From the human T2T-CHM13v2.0 reference genome, Homo sapiens: a DNA stretch of 64,000 bases. The translations under genes and the position numbers were made by a program. The notes beneath the pieces were generated by a model that was given only the letters and a program-made list of their open reading frames with translations, did not search any database and was not told the origin of the DNA. Location of the stretch: NCBI RefSeq assembly GCF_009914755.1, contig NC_060927.1. The stretch is one strand, 5' to 3'. Positions 1 through 10,712 of the stretch are shown here, in pieces. Position 1 is the first letter of the stretch. Every line of letters starts with the position of its first letter.

Positions 1-69
1 TCTGATTTGAATACATACATCCCAAAAGAAGTTACTGAGAATTCTTCTGTCTAGCATTATGTGAAGAAA

Positions 70-86
70 TCCCGTTTCCAACGAAA
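70..86 (-). promoter_or_regulatory. CENP-B box, intact (HOR position 70; repeated in each HOR copy)
   Basis: Plus strand tcccgtttccaacgaaa is the reverse complement of TTTCGTTGGAAACGGGA and matches nTTCGnnnnAnnCGGGn. Confidence 0.93.
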
Positions 87-410
87 GCCTCAAAGAGGTC
101 CAAATATCCAGTTGCAGAATTTACAAACTGACTGTTTCCAAACTCATCTATGAAAAGAAAGGTTAAACTCTGGGAGTTGAATGCACATATCACAAAGTAG
201 TTCCTGAGAATGATTCTGTCTAGTTTTCATACGAAGATATTTCCTTTTCCACCAATGGCCTCAAAGTGCTTGAAATCTCCCCTTGCAAATTCCACAGACA
301 AGTGTTTCAAATCTGCACTGTCTAAAGGAAGGTTCAACCCTGTGAGTTGAATACACACACACAGAAAAAAATTCACTGAGAATTCTATTGTCTATCATTA
401 CACGAAGAAA

Positions 411-427
411 TCCCGTTTACTACGAAG
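411..427 (-). promoter_or_regulatory. Variant CENP-B box with all 9 core bases retained
   Basis: tcccgtttactacgaag is the reverse complement of CTTCGTAGTAAACGGGA; both changes fall in non-core positions. Confidence 0.8.
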
Positions 428-749
428 GCCTCAAAGAGGTCCAAATATCCAGCTGCAGACATTACAAACTGAGTGTTTCCAAAGTGCTCTATGAAAAGAA
501 GTGTTAAACACTGTGAGTTCAATGCACACATCCCAAAGCAGTTTCTGAGAATGATTCCGTCTATTTTTTCTACGAAGATATTTCCTTTTCTGCCGTTGGC
601 CTCAAAGCGCTTGAAATCTCCACTTGCAAATTCCACAAAAAGAGAGTTTCAAATCTGCTCTGTCTAAAGGAAGGTTCAACTCTGTGAGTTGAATACACAC
701 CACAAAAAGAAGTTACTGAGAATTCTTCTGTCTAGCATTATATGAAAAA

Positions 750-766
750 TCCCGTTTCCAACGAAG
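750..766 (-). promoter_or_regulatory. CENP-B box, intact
   Basis: tcccgtttccaacgaag is the reverse complement of CTTCGTTGGAAACGGGA. Confidence 0.93.
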
Positions 767-1087
767 GCCACAAAGAGGTCCAAATATCCACTTGCAGATT
801 CTGCAAAAAGAGTGTTTCCAAACTGCTCTATGTAAAGAAACGTTAAACTCTGTGAGTTGAACGCAAACATCACAAAGTAGTTTCTGAGAATGACTCCGTC
901 TAGTTTTTATACGAAGATATTTCCTTTCCTACCATTCACTTCAAAGCGCTTGAAGTCTCCCCCTGAAAATTCCACAAAAAGTGTTTCCAATCTGCTCCGC
1001 CTAAAGGAAGCTTCAACTCTGTGACTTGAATACCCACAACCCAAAGAAGTTACTGAGAATTCTTCTGTCTAGCATTATATGAAGAAA

Positions 1088-1104
1088 TCCCGTTTCCAAC
1101 GAAG
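1088..1104 (-). promoter_or_regulatory. CENP-B box, intact
   Basis: tcccgtttccaacgaag, exact match to the canonical box. Confidence 0.93.
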
Positions 1105-1426
1105 GCCTCAAATACATCCAAATATCCAGTTGCTGACTTTACAAACTGAGTGTTTCCAAACTGCTCTATGAAAAGAAAAGTTAAACACTGTGAGTTGAAC
1201 ACACACGTACCAAAGTAGTTTCTGAGAATGATTCTGTCTAGTTTGCATACGAAGATATTTCCTTTTCTACCATTGGCCTCAAAGCTCTGAAATCTCCACT
1301 TGCAAATTCCACAAAAAGAGAGTTTCAAATCTGCTGTTTCTAAAGGAAAGTTCAACTCTGAGAGTTGAATACACACCAGAAAAAGCAGTTACTGAGAAGT
1401 CTTCTGTCTAGCATTATATGAAGAAA

Positions 1427-1443
1427 TCCCATTTCCAACGAAG
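1427..1443 (-). promoter_or_regulatory. Degenerate CENP-B box (core CGGG changed to TGGG), fixed in the HOR
   Basis: tcccatttccaacgaag is the reverse complement of CTTCGTTGGAAATGGGA; one core CpG is lost, and the same form was seen in every copy inspected. Confidence 0.85.
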
Positions 1444-1767
1444 ACTTCAAAGAGGTCCAAATATCCACTTGCAGATTCTGCAAAAAGAGTGTTTCGAAAC
1501 AACTGTATGAAAAGAAAGGTTAAACACTGTGAGTTGAACGCACACATTGCAAAGCAGTTTCTGAGAATGATTCCGTCTAATTATTATACGAAGGTATTTC
1601 CTTTTCTATCATTGGCCTCAAAGCGCTTGATACCTCCACCTGAAAATTCCACAAAAAGAGTGTTTCCAATCTACTCTGTCTAAAGGAACGTTCAACTCTG
1701 TGAGTTGAATACACACACACAGAAAGAATTCACTGAGAATTCTTCTGTCTGGCATTACATGAAGAAA

Positions 1768-1784
1768 TCCCGTTTCCAACGAAG
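1768..1784 (-). promoter_or_regulatory. CENP-B box, intact
   Basis: tcccgtttccaacgaag, exact match to the canonical box. Confidence 0.93.
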
Positions 1785-1849
1785 GCCTCAAAGAGGTCCA
1801 AATATCCACTTGCAGATTCTGCAAAAAGAGTGTTTCAAAACCGCTCCAT

Positions 1850-2200
1850 TAAAAGGAATGTGGAACTCTGTGAGTTGAATGCAAACATCACAACTCAGTT
1901 TCTGAGAATGCTGCTGATTAGATTTTATGGTAAGATATTTCCTTTTCTACCGTAGGCTTCAATGCCCTCTAAATACACCCTTGCAAATTCTACAAAGAGA
2001 CTGTTTCATAACTGCTCTATAGGAAGAAAGGTTCAACTCTGTGAGTTGAATGCAGAGATCACAACGTGGTTTCTGCGAATGATTCTTTGTAGTTTTTACA
2101 AGAAGATATTTCGTTGTCAACCGTAGGCTTCAAAGCACTCAAAGTATTCACTTGGAACTTTTACAAAAAGAGTGTTAGAAAACTGCTCTTTCCAAAGTAA
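1850..2200 (-). repeat. Two adjacent divergent box-less (A-type) monomers that break the dimeric phase (boundaries approximate)
   Basis: Box spacing is 338-341 bp except 1768 to 2282 (514 bp, three monomers). The intervening monomers carry atypical strings (ccgtaggcttcaatgccctctaaatacaccc; ccgtaggcttcaaagcactcaaagtattcacttggaac). Confidence 0.85.
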
Positions 2201-2281
2201 GGTTCAACTCTGTGAGTTGAATGCACCCATAACAATCAAGAAGTTTCTGAGAATTCTTCTGTCCTTGTTTATATGAAGAAA

Positions 2282-2298
2282 TCCCGTTTCCAACGAAG
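2282..2298 (-). promoter_or_regulatory. CENP-B box, intact here but polymorphic among HOR copies
   Basis: tcccgtttccaacgaag here; mutated at 12994, 15547, 18434, 23874 and 61461. Confidence 0.92.
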
Positions 2299-2619
2299 GC
2301 CTCAAAGACGTTTAAATATCCACTTGCAGACTTCACAAACAGAGTGTTTCCAAACTGCTCTATGAAAAGAAAGGTTAAACTCTGTGAGTTGAACGCACAC
2401 ATCACAAAGTAGTTTCTGAGAATGATACTGTCTAGTTTTTATACGAAGATATTTCCTTTCTACCATTGGCGTCAAAGCGCTAGAATTCTCCACTTGCAAA
2501 TTCCACAAAAAGAGTGTTTCCAATCTGCTCTGTCTAAAGGAAGGTTCAACTCTGTGAGTTGAATACACACACACAAAGAAGCTACTGAGAATTCTTTTGT
2601 CAAGAATTATAAGAAGAAA

Positions 2620-2636
2620 TCCCGTTTCCAACGAAG
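2620..2636 (-). promoter_or_regulatory. CENP-B box, intact
   Basis: tcccgtttccaacgaag, exact match to the canonical box. Confidence 0.93.
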
Positions 2637-5600
2637 GCCTCAAAGAGTTCCAAATATCCACTTGCACACTGCACAAACTAAGTCTTTCCAAACTGCTCTA
2701 TGCAAAGAAATGTTCAACTCTGTGAGTTTAATACACACATCACAAAGCAGTTTCTGAGAATGATACTGTCTAGTTTTTATACGAAGATATTTCCTTTTGT
2801 ACCATTGGCCTCATACCGCTAGAATTTTCCACTTGCAAATTCCACAAAAAGAGTGTTTCCAATCCGCTCTGTCTAAAGGAAGGTTCAACACTCTGATTTG
2901 AATACATACATCCCAAAAGAAGTTACTGAGAATTCTTCTGTCTAGCATTATGTGAAGAAATCCCGTTTCCAACGAAAGCCTCAAAGAGGTCCAAATATCC
3001 AGTTGCAGAATTTACAAACTGACTGTTTCCAAACTCATCTATGAAAAGAAAGGTTAAACTCTGGGAGTTGAATGCACATATCACAAAGTAGTTCCTGAGA
3101 ATGATTCTGTCTAGTTTTCATACGAAGATATTTCCTTTTCCACCAATGGCCTCAAAGTGCTTGAAATCTCCCCTTGCAAATTCCACAGACAAGTGTTTCA
3201 AATCTGCACTGTCTAAAGGAAGGTTCAACCCTGTGAGTTGAATACACACACACAGAAAAAAATTCACTGAGAATTCTATTGTCTATCATTACACGAAGAA
3301 ATCCCGTTTACTACGAAGGCCTCAAAGAGGTCCAAATATCCAGCTGCAGACATTACAAACTGAGTGTTTCCAAAGTGCTCTATGAAAAGAAGTGTTAAAC
3401 ACTGTGAGTTCAATGCACACATCCCAAAGCAGTTTCTGAGAATGATTCCGTCTATTTTTTCTACGAAGATATTTCCTTTTCTGCCGTTGGCCTCAAAGCG
3501 CTTGAAATCTCCACTTGCAAATTCCACAAAAAGAGAGTTTCAAATCTGCTCTGTCTAAAGGAAGGTTCAACTCTGTGAGTTGAATACACACCACAAAAAG
3601 AAGTTACTGAGAATTCTTCTGTCTAGCATTATATGAAAAATCCCGTTTCCAACGAAGGCCACAAAGAGGTCCAAATATCCACTTGCAGATTCTGCAAAAA
3701 GAGTGTTTCCAAACTGCTCTATGTAAAGAAACGTTAAACTCTGTGAGTTGAACGCAAACATCACAAAGTAGTTTCTGAGAATGACTCCGTCTAGTTTTTA
3801 TACGAAGATATTTCCTTTCCTACCATTCACTTCAAAGCGCTTGAAGTCTCCCCCTGAAAATTCCACAAAAAGTGTTTCCAATCTGCTCCGCCTAAAGGAA
3901 GCTTCAACTCTGTGACTTGAATACCCACAACCCAAAGAAGTTACTGAGAATTCTTCTGTCTAGCATTATATGAAGAAATCCCGTTTCCAACGAAGGCCTC
4001 AAATACATCCAAATATCCAGTTGCTGACTTTACAAACTGAGTGTTTCCAAACTGCTCTATGAAAAGAAAGGTTAAACACTGTGAGTTGAACACACACGTA
4101 CCAAAGTAGTTTCTGAGAATGATTCTGTCTAGTTTGCATACGAAGATATTTCCTTTTCTACCATTGGCCTCAAAGCTCTGAAATCTCCACTTGCAAATTC
4201 CACAAAAAGAGAGTTTCAAATCTGCTGTTTCTAAAGGAAAGTTCAACTCTGAGAGTTGAATACACACCAGAAAAAGCAGTTACTGAGAAGTCTTCTGTCT
4301 AGCATTATATGAAGAAATCCCATTTCCAACGAAGACTTCAAAGAGGTCCAAATATCCACTTGCAGATTCTGCAAAAAGAGTGTTTCGAAACAACTGTATG
4401 AAAAGAAAGGTTAAACACTGTGAGTTGAACGCACACATTGCAAAGCAGTTTCTGAGAATGATTCCGTCTAATTATTATACGAAGGTATTTCCTTTTCTAT
4501 CATTGGCCTCAAAGCGCTTGATACCTCCACCTGAAAATTCCACAAAAAGAGTGTTTCCAATCTACTCTGTCTAAAGGAACGTTCAACTCTGTGAGTTGAA
4601 TACACACACACAGAAAGAATTCACTGAGAATTCTTCTGTCTGGCATTACATGAAGAAATCCCGTTTCCAACGAAGGCCTCAAAGAGGTCCAAATATCCAC
4701 TTGCAGATTCTGCAAAAAGAGTGTTTCAAAACCGCTCCATTAAAAGGAATGTGGAACTCTGTGAGTTGAATGCAAACATCACAACTCAGTTTCTGAGAAT
4801 GCTGCTGATTAGATTTTATGGTAAGATATTTCCTTTTCTACCGTAGGCTTCAATGCCCTCTAAATACACCCTTGCAAATTCTACAAAGAGACTGTTTCAT
4901 AACTGCTCTATAGGAAGAAAGGTTCAACTCTGTGAGTTGAATGCAGAGATCACAACGTGGTTTCTGCGAATGATTCTTTGTAGTTTTTACAAGAAGATAT
5001 TTCGTTGTCAACCGTAGGCTTCAAAGCACTCAAAGTATTCACTTGGAACTTTTACAGAAAGAGTGTTAGAAAACTGCTCTTTCCAAAGTAAGGTTCAACT
5101 CTGTGAGTTGAATGCACCCATAACAATCAAGAAGTTTCTGAGAATTCTTCTGTCCTGGTTTATATGAAGAAATCCCGTTTCCAACGAAGGCCTCAAAGAC
5201 ATTTAAGTATCCACTTGCAGACTTCACAAACAGAGTGTTTCCAAACTGCTCTATGAAAAGAAAGGTTAAACTCTGTGAGTTGAACGCACACATCACAAAG
5301 TAGTTTCTGAGAATGATACTGTCTAGTTTTTATACGAAGATATTTCCTTTCTACCATTGGCGTCAAAGCGCTAGAATTCTCCACTTGCAAATTCCACAAA
5401 AAGAGTGTTTCCAATCTGCTCTGTCTAAAGGAAGGTTCAACTCTGTGAGTTGAATACACACACACAAAGAAGCTACTGAGAATTCTTTTGTCAAGAATTA
5501 TAAGAAGAAATCCCGTTTCCAACGAAGGCCTCAAAGAGTTCCAAATATCCACTTGCACACTGCACAAACTAAGTCTTTCCAAACTGCTCTATGCAAAGAA

Positions 5601-5782
5601 ATGTTCAACTCTGTGAGTTTAATACACACATCACAAAGCAGTTTCTGAGAATGATACTGTCTAGTTTTTATACGAAGATATTTCCTTTTGTACCATTGGC
5701 CTCATACTGCTAGAATTTTCCACTTGCAAATTCCACAAAAAGAGTGTTTCCAATCCGCGCTGTCTAAAGGAAGGTTCAACTC

Positions 5783-7821
5783 TCTGATTTGAATACATAC
5801 ATCCCAAAAGAAGTTACTGAGAATTCTTCTGTCTAGCATTATGTGAAGAAATCCCGTTTCCAACGAAAGCCTCAAAGAGGTCCAAATATCCAGTTGCAGA
5901 ATTTACAAACTGACTGTTTCCAAACTCATCTATGAAAAGAAAGGTTAAACTCTGGGAGTTGAATGCACATATCACAAAGTAGTTCCTGAGAATGATTCTG
6001 TCTAGTTTTCATACGAAGATATTTCCTTTTCCACCAATGGCCTCAAAGTGCTTGAAATCTCCCCTTGCAAATTCCACAGACAAGTGTTTCAAATCTGCAC
6101 TGTCTAAAGGAAGGTTCAACCCTGTGAGTTGAATACACACACACAGAAAAAAATTCACTGAGAATTCTATTGTCTATCATTACACGAAGAAATCCCGTTT
6201 ACTACGAAGGCCTCAAAGAGGTCCAAATATCCAGCTGCAGACATTACAAACTGAGTGTTTCCAAAGTGCTCTATGAAAAGAAGTGTTAAACACTGTGAGT
6301 TCAATGCACACATCCCAAAGCAGTTTCTGAGAATGATTCCGTCTATTTTTTCTACGAAGATATTTCCTTTTCTGCCGTTGGCCTCAAAGCGCTTGAAATC
6401 TCCACTTGCAAATTCCACAAAAAGAGAGTTTCAAATCTGCTCTGTCTAAAGGAAGGTTCAACTCTGTGAGTTGAATACACACCACAAAAAGAAGTTACTG
6501 AGAATTCTTCTGTCTAGCATTATATGAAAAATCCCGTTTCCAACGAAGGCCACAAAGAGGTCCAAATATCCACTTGCAGATTCTGCAAAAAGAGTGTTTC
6601 CAAACTGCTCTATGAAAAGAAACGTTAAACTCTGTGAGTTGAATGCAAACATCACAAAGTAGTTTCTGAGAATGACTCCGTCTAGTTTTTATACGAAGAT
6701 ATTTCCTTTCCTACCATTCACTTCAAAGCGCTTGAAGTCTCCCCCTGAAAATTCCACAAAAAGTGTTTCCAATCTGCTCCGCCTAAAGGAAGCTTCAACT
6801 CTGTGACTTGAATACCCACAACCCAAAGAAGTTACTGAGAATTCTTCTGTCTAGCATTATATGAAGAAATCCCGTTTCCAACGAAGGCCTCAAATACATC
6901 CAAATATCCAGTTGCTGACTTTACAAACTGAGTGTTTCCAAACTGCTCTATGAAAAGAAAGGTTAAACACTGTGAGTTGAACACACACGTACCAAAGTAG
7001 TTTCTGAGAATGATTCTGTCTAGTTTGCATACGAAGATATTTCCTTTTCTACCATTGGCCTCAAAGCTCTGAAATCTCCACTTGCAAATTCCACAAAAAG
7101 AGAGTTTCAAATCTGCTGTTTCTAAAGGAAAGTTCAACTCTGAGAGTTGAATACACACCAGAAAAAGCAGTTACTGAGAAGTCTTCTGTCTAGCATTATA
7201 TGAAGAAATCCCATTTCCAACGAAGACTTCAAAGAGGTCCAAATATCCACTTGCAGATTCTGCAAAAAGAGTGTTTCGAAACAACTGTATGAAAAGAATG
7301 GTTAAACACTGTGAGTTGAACGCACACATTGCAAAGCAGTTTCTGAGAATGATTCCGTCTAATTATTATACGAAGGTATTTCCTTTTCTATCATTGGCCT
7401 CAAAGCGCTTGATACCTCCACCTGAAAATTCCACAAAAAGAGTGTTTCCAATCTACTCTGTCTAAAGGAACGTTCAACTCTGTGAGTTGAATACACACAC
7501 ACAGAAAGAATTCACTGAGAATTCTTCTGTCTGGCATTACATGAAGAAATCCCGTTTCCAACGAAGGCCTCAAAGAGTTCCAAATATCCACTTGCACACT
7601 GCACAAACTAAGTCTTTCCAAACTGCTCTATGCAAAGAAATGTTCAACTCTGTGAGTTTAATACACACATCACAAAGCAGTTTCTGAGAATGATACTGTC
7701 TAGTTTTTATACGAAGATATTTCCTTTTGTACCATTGGCCTCATACTGCTAGAATTTTCCACTTGCAAATTCCACAAAAAGAGTGTTTCCAATCCGCTCT
7801 GTCTAAAGGAAGGTTCAACTC
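5783..7821 (-). repeat. HOR copy 3: 12-mer structural variant (2,039 bp; 852-bp, 5-monomer deletion)
   Basis: Anchor spacing 6167 to 8206 is 2,039. A hybrid monomer at ~7530-7610 joins ctggcattacat (HOR position ~1750) to gagttccaaatatccacttgcacactgcac (HOR position ~2645). Confidence 0.95.
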
Positions 7822-10712
7822 TCTGATTTGAATACATACATCCCAAAAGAAGTTACTGAGAATTCTTCTGTCTAGCATTATGTGAAGAAATCCCGTTTCC
7901 AACGAAAGCCTCAAAGAGGTCCAAATATCCAGTTGCAGAATTTACAAACTGACTGTTTCCAAACTCATCTATGAAAAGAAAGGTTAAACTCTGGGAGTTG
8001 AATGCACATATCACAAAGTAGTTCCTGAGAATGATTCTGTCTAGTTTTCATACGAAGATATTTCCTTTTCCACCAATGGCCTCAAAGTGCTTGAAATCTC
8101 CCCTTGCAAATTCCACAGACAAGTGTTTCAAATCTGCACTGTCTAAAGGAAGGTTCAACCCTGTGAGTTGAATACACACACACAGAAAAAAATTCACTGA
8201 GAATTCTATTGTCTATCATTACACGAAGAAATCCCGTTTACTACGAAGGCCTCAAAGAGGTCCAAATATCCAGCTGCAGACATTACAAACTGAGTGTTTC
8301 CAAAGTGCTCTATGAAAAGAAGTGTTAAACACTGTGAGTTCAATGCACACATCCCAAAGCAGTTTCTGAGAATGATTCCGTCTATTTTTTCTACGAAGAT
8401 ATTTCCTTTTCTGCCGTTGGCCTCAAAGCGCTTGAAATCTCCACTTGCAAATTCCACAAAAAGAGAGTTTCAAATCTGCTCTGTCTAAAGGAAGGTTCAA
8501 CTCTGTGAGTTGAATACACACCACAAAAAGAAGTTACTGAGAATTCTTCTGTCTAGCATTATATGAAAAATCCCGTTTCCAACGAAGGCCACAAAGAGGT
8601 CCAAATATCCACTTGCAGATTCTGCAAAAAGAGTGTTTCCAAACTGCTCTATGAAAAGAAACGTTAAACTCTGTGAGTTGAACGCAAACATCACAAAGTA
8701 GTTTCTGAGAATGACTCCGTCTAGTTTTTATACGAAGATATTTCCTTTCCTACCATTCACTTCAAAGCGCTTGAAGTCTCCCCCTGAAAATTCCACAAAA
8801 AGTGTTTCCAATCTGCTCCGCCTAAAGGAAGCTTCAACTCTGTGAGTTGAATACCCACAACCCAAAGAAGTTACTGAGAATTCTTCTGTCTAGCATTATA
8901 TGAAGAAATCCCGTTTCCAACGAAGGCCTCAAATACATCCAAATATCCAGTTGCTGACTTTACAAACTGAGTGTTTCCAAACTGCTCTATGAAAAGAAAG
9001 GTTAAACACTGTGAGTTGAACACACACGTACCAAAGTAGTTTCTGAGAATGATTCTGTCTAGTTTGCATACGAAGATATTTCCTTTTCTACCATTGGCCT
9101 CAAAGCTCTGAAATCTCCACTTGCAAATTCCACAAAAAGAGAGTTTCAAATCTGCTGTTTCTAAAGGAAAGTTCAACTCTGAGAGTTGAATACACACCAG
9201 AAAAAGCAGTTACTGAGAAGTCTTCTGTCTAGCATTATATGAAGAAATCCCATTTCCAACGAAGACTTCAAAGAGGTCCAAATATCCACTTGCAGATTCT
9301 GCAAAAAGAGTGTTTCGAAACAACTGTATGAAAAGAAAGGTTAAACACTGTGAGTTGAACGCACACATTGCAAAGCAGTTTCTGAGAATGATTCCGTCTA
9401 ATTATTATACGAAGGTATTTCCTTTTCTATCATTGGCCTCAAAGCGCTTGATACCTCCACCTGAAAATTCCACAAAAAGAGTGTTTCCAATCTACTCTGT
9501 CTAAAGGAACGTTCAACTCTGTGAGTTGAATACACACACACAGAAAGAATTCACTGAGAATTCTTCTGTCTGGCATTACATGAAGAAATCCCGTTTCCAA
9601 CGAAGGCCTCAAAGAGGTCCAAATATCCACTTGCAGATTCTGCAAAAAGAGTGTTTCAAAACCGCTCCATTAAAAGGAATGTTGAACTCTGTGAGTTGAA
9701 TGCAAACATCACAACTCAGTTGCTGAGAATGCTTCTGACTAGATTTTATGGTAAGATATTTCCTTTTCTACCGTAGGCTTCAATGCCCTCTAAATACACC
9801 CTTGCAAATTCTACAAAGAGACTGTTTCATAACTGCTCTATAGGAAGAAAGGTTCAACTCTGTGAGTTGAATGCAGAGATCACAACGTGGTTTCTGCGAA
9901 TGATTCTTTGTAGTTTTTACAAGAAGATATTTCGTTGTCAACCGTAGGCTTCAAAGCACTCAAAGTATTCACTTGGAACTTTTACAAAAAGAGTGTTAGA
10001 AAACTGCTCTTTCCAAAGTAAGGTTCAACTCTGTGAGTTGAATGCACACATAACAATCAAGAAGTTTCTGAGAATTCTTCTGTCCTGGTTTATATGAACA
10101 AATCCCGTTTCCAACGAAGGCCTCAAAGACGTTTAAATATCCACTTGCAGACTTCACAAACAGAGTGTTTCCAAACTGCTCTATGAAAAGAAAGGTTAAA
10201 CTCTGTGAGTTGAACGCACACATCACAAAGTAGTTTCTGAGAATGATACTGTCTAGTTTTTATACGAAGATATTTCCTTTCTACCATTGGCGTCAAAGCG
10301 CTAGAATTCTCCACTTGCAAATTCCACAAAAAGAGTGTTTCCAATCTGCTCTGTCTAAAGGAAGGTTCAACTCTGTGAGTTGAATACACACACACAAAGA
10401 AGCTACTGAGAATTCTTTTGTCAAGAATTATAAGAAGAAATCCCGTTTCCAACGAAGGCCTCAAAGAGTTCCAAATATCCACTTGCAGACTGCACAAACT
10501 AAGTCTTTCCAAACTGCTCTATGCAAAGAAATGTTCAACTCTGTGAGTTTAATACACACATCACAAAGCAGTTTCTGAGAATGATACTGTCTAGTTTTTA
10601 TACGAAGATATTTCCTTTTGTACCATTGGCCTCATACTGCTAGAATTTTCCACTTGCAAATTCCACAAAAAGAGTGTTTCCAATCCGCGCTGTCTGAAGG
10701 AAGGTTCAACTC
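7822..10712 (-). repeat. HOR copy 4, canonical 17-mer
   Basis: Anchor spacing 8206 to 11097 is 2,891. Confidence 0.95.

Larger units (their letters stand above)
1..5782 (-). repeat. HOR copies 1-2, canonical 17-mers (2 x 2,891 bp)
   Basis: ORF-track anchors at 385, 3276 and 6167 are 2,891 bp apart. Both copies share the variants gtggaactc and gctgctgatt. Confidence 0.95.

Noticed and set aside
351-372. Short (CA)n and A runs as microsatellites
   Set aside because: They are fixed parts of specific monomers and show no length variation between HOR copies.
1008-1013. HindIII site seen once per HOR and frequent GAATTC sites as functional signals
   Set aside because: These only reflect repeat periodicity; they are useful for restriction mapping but are not evidence of function.
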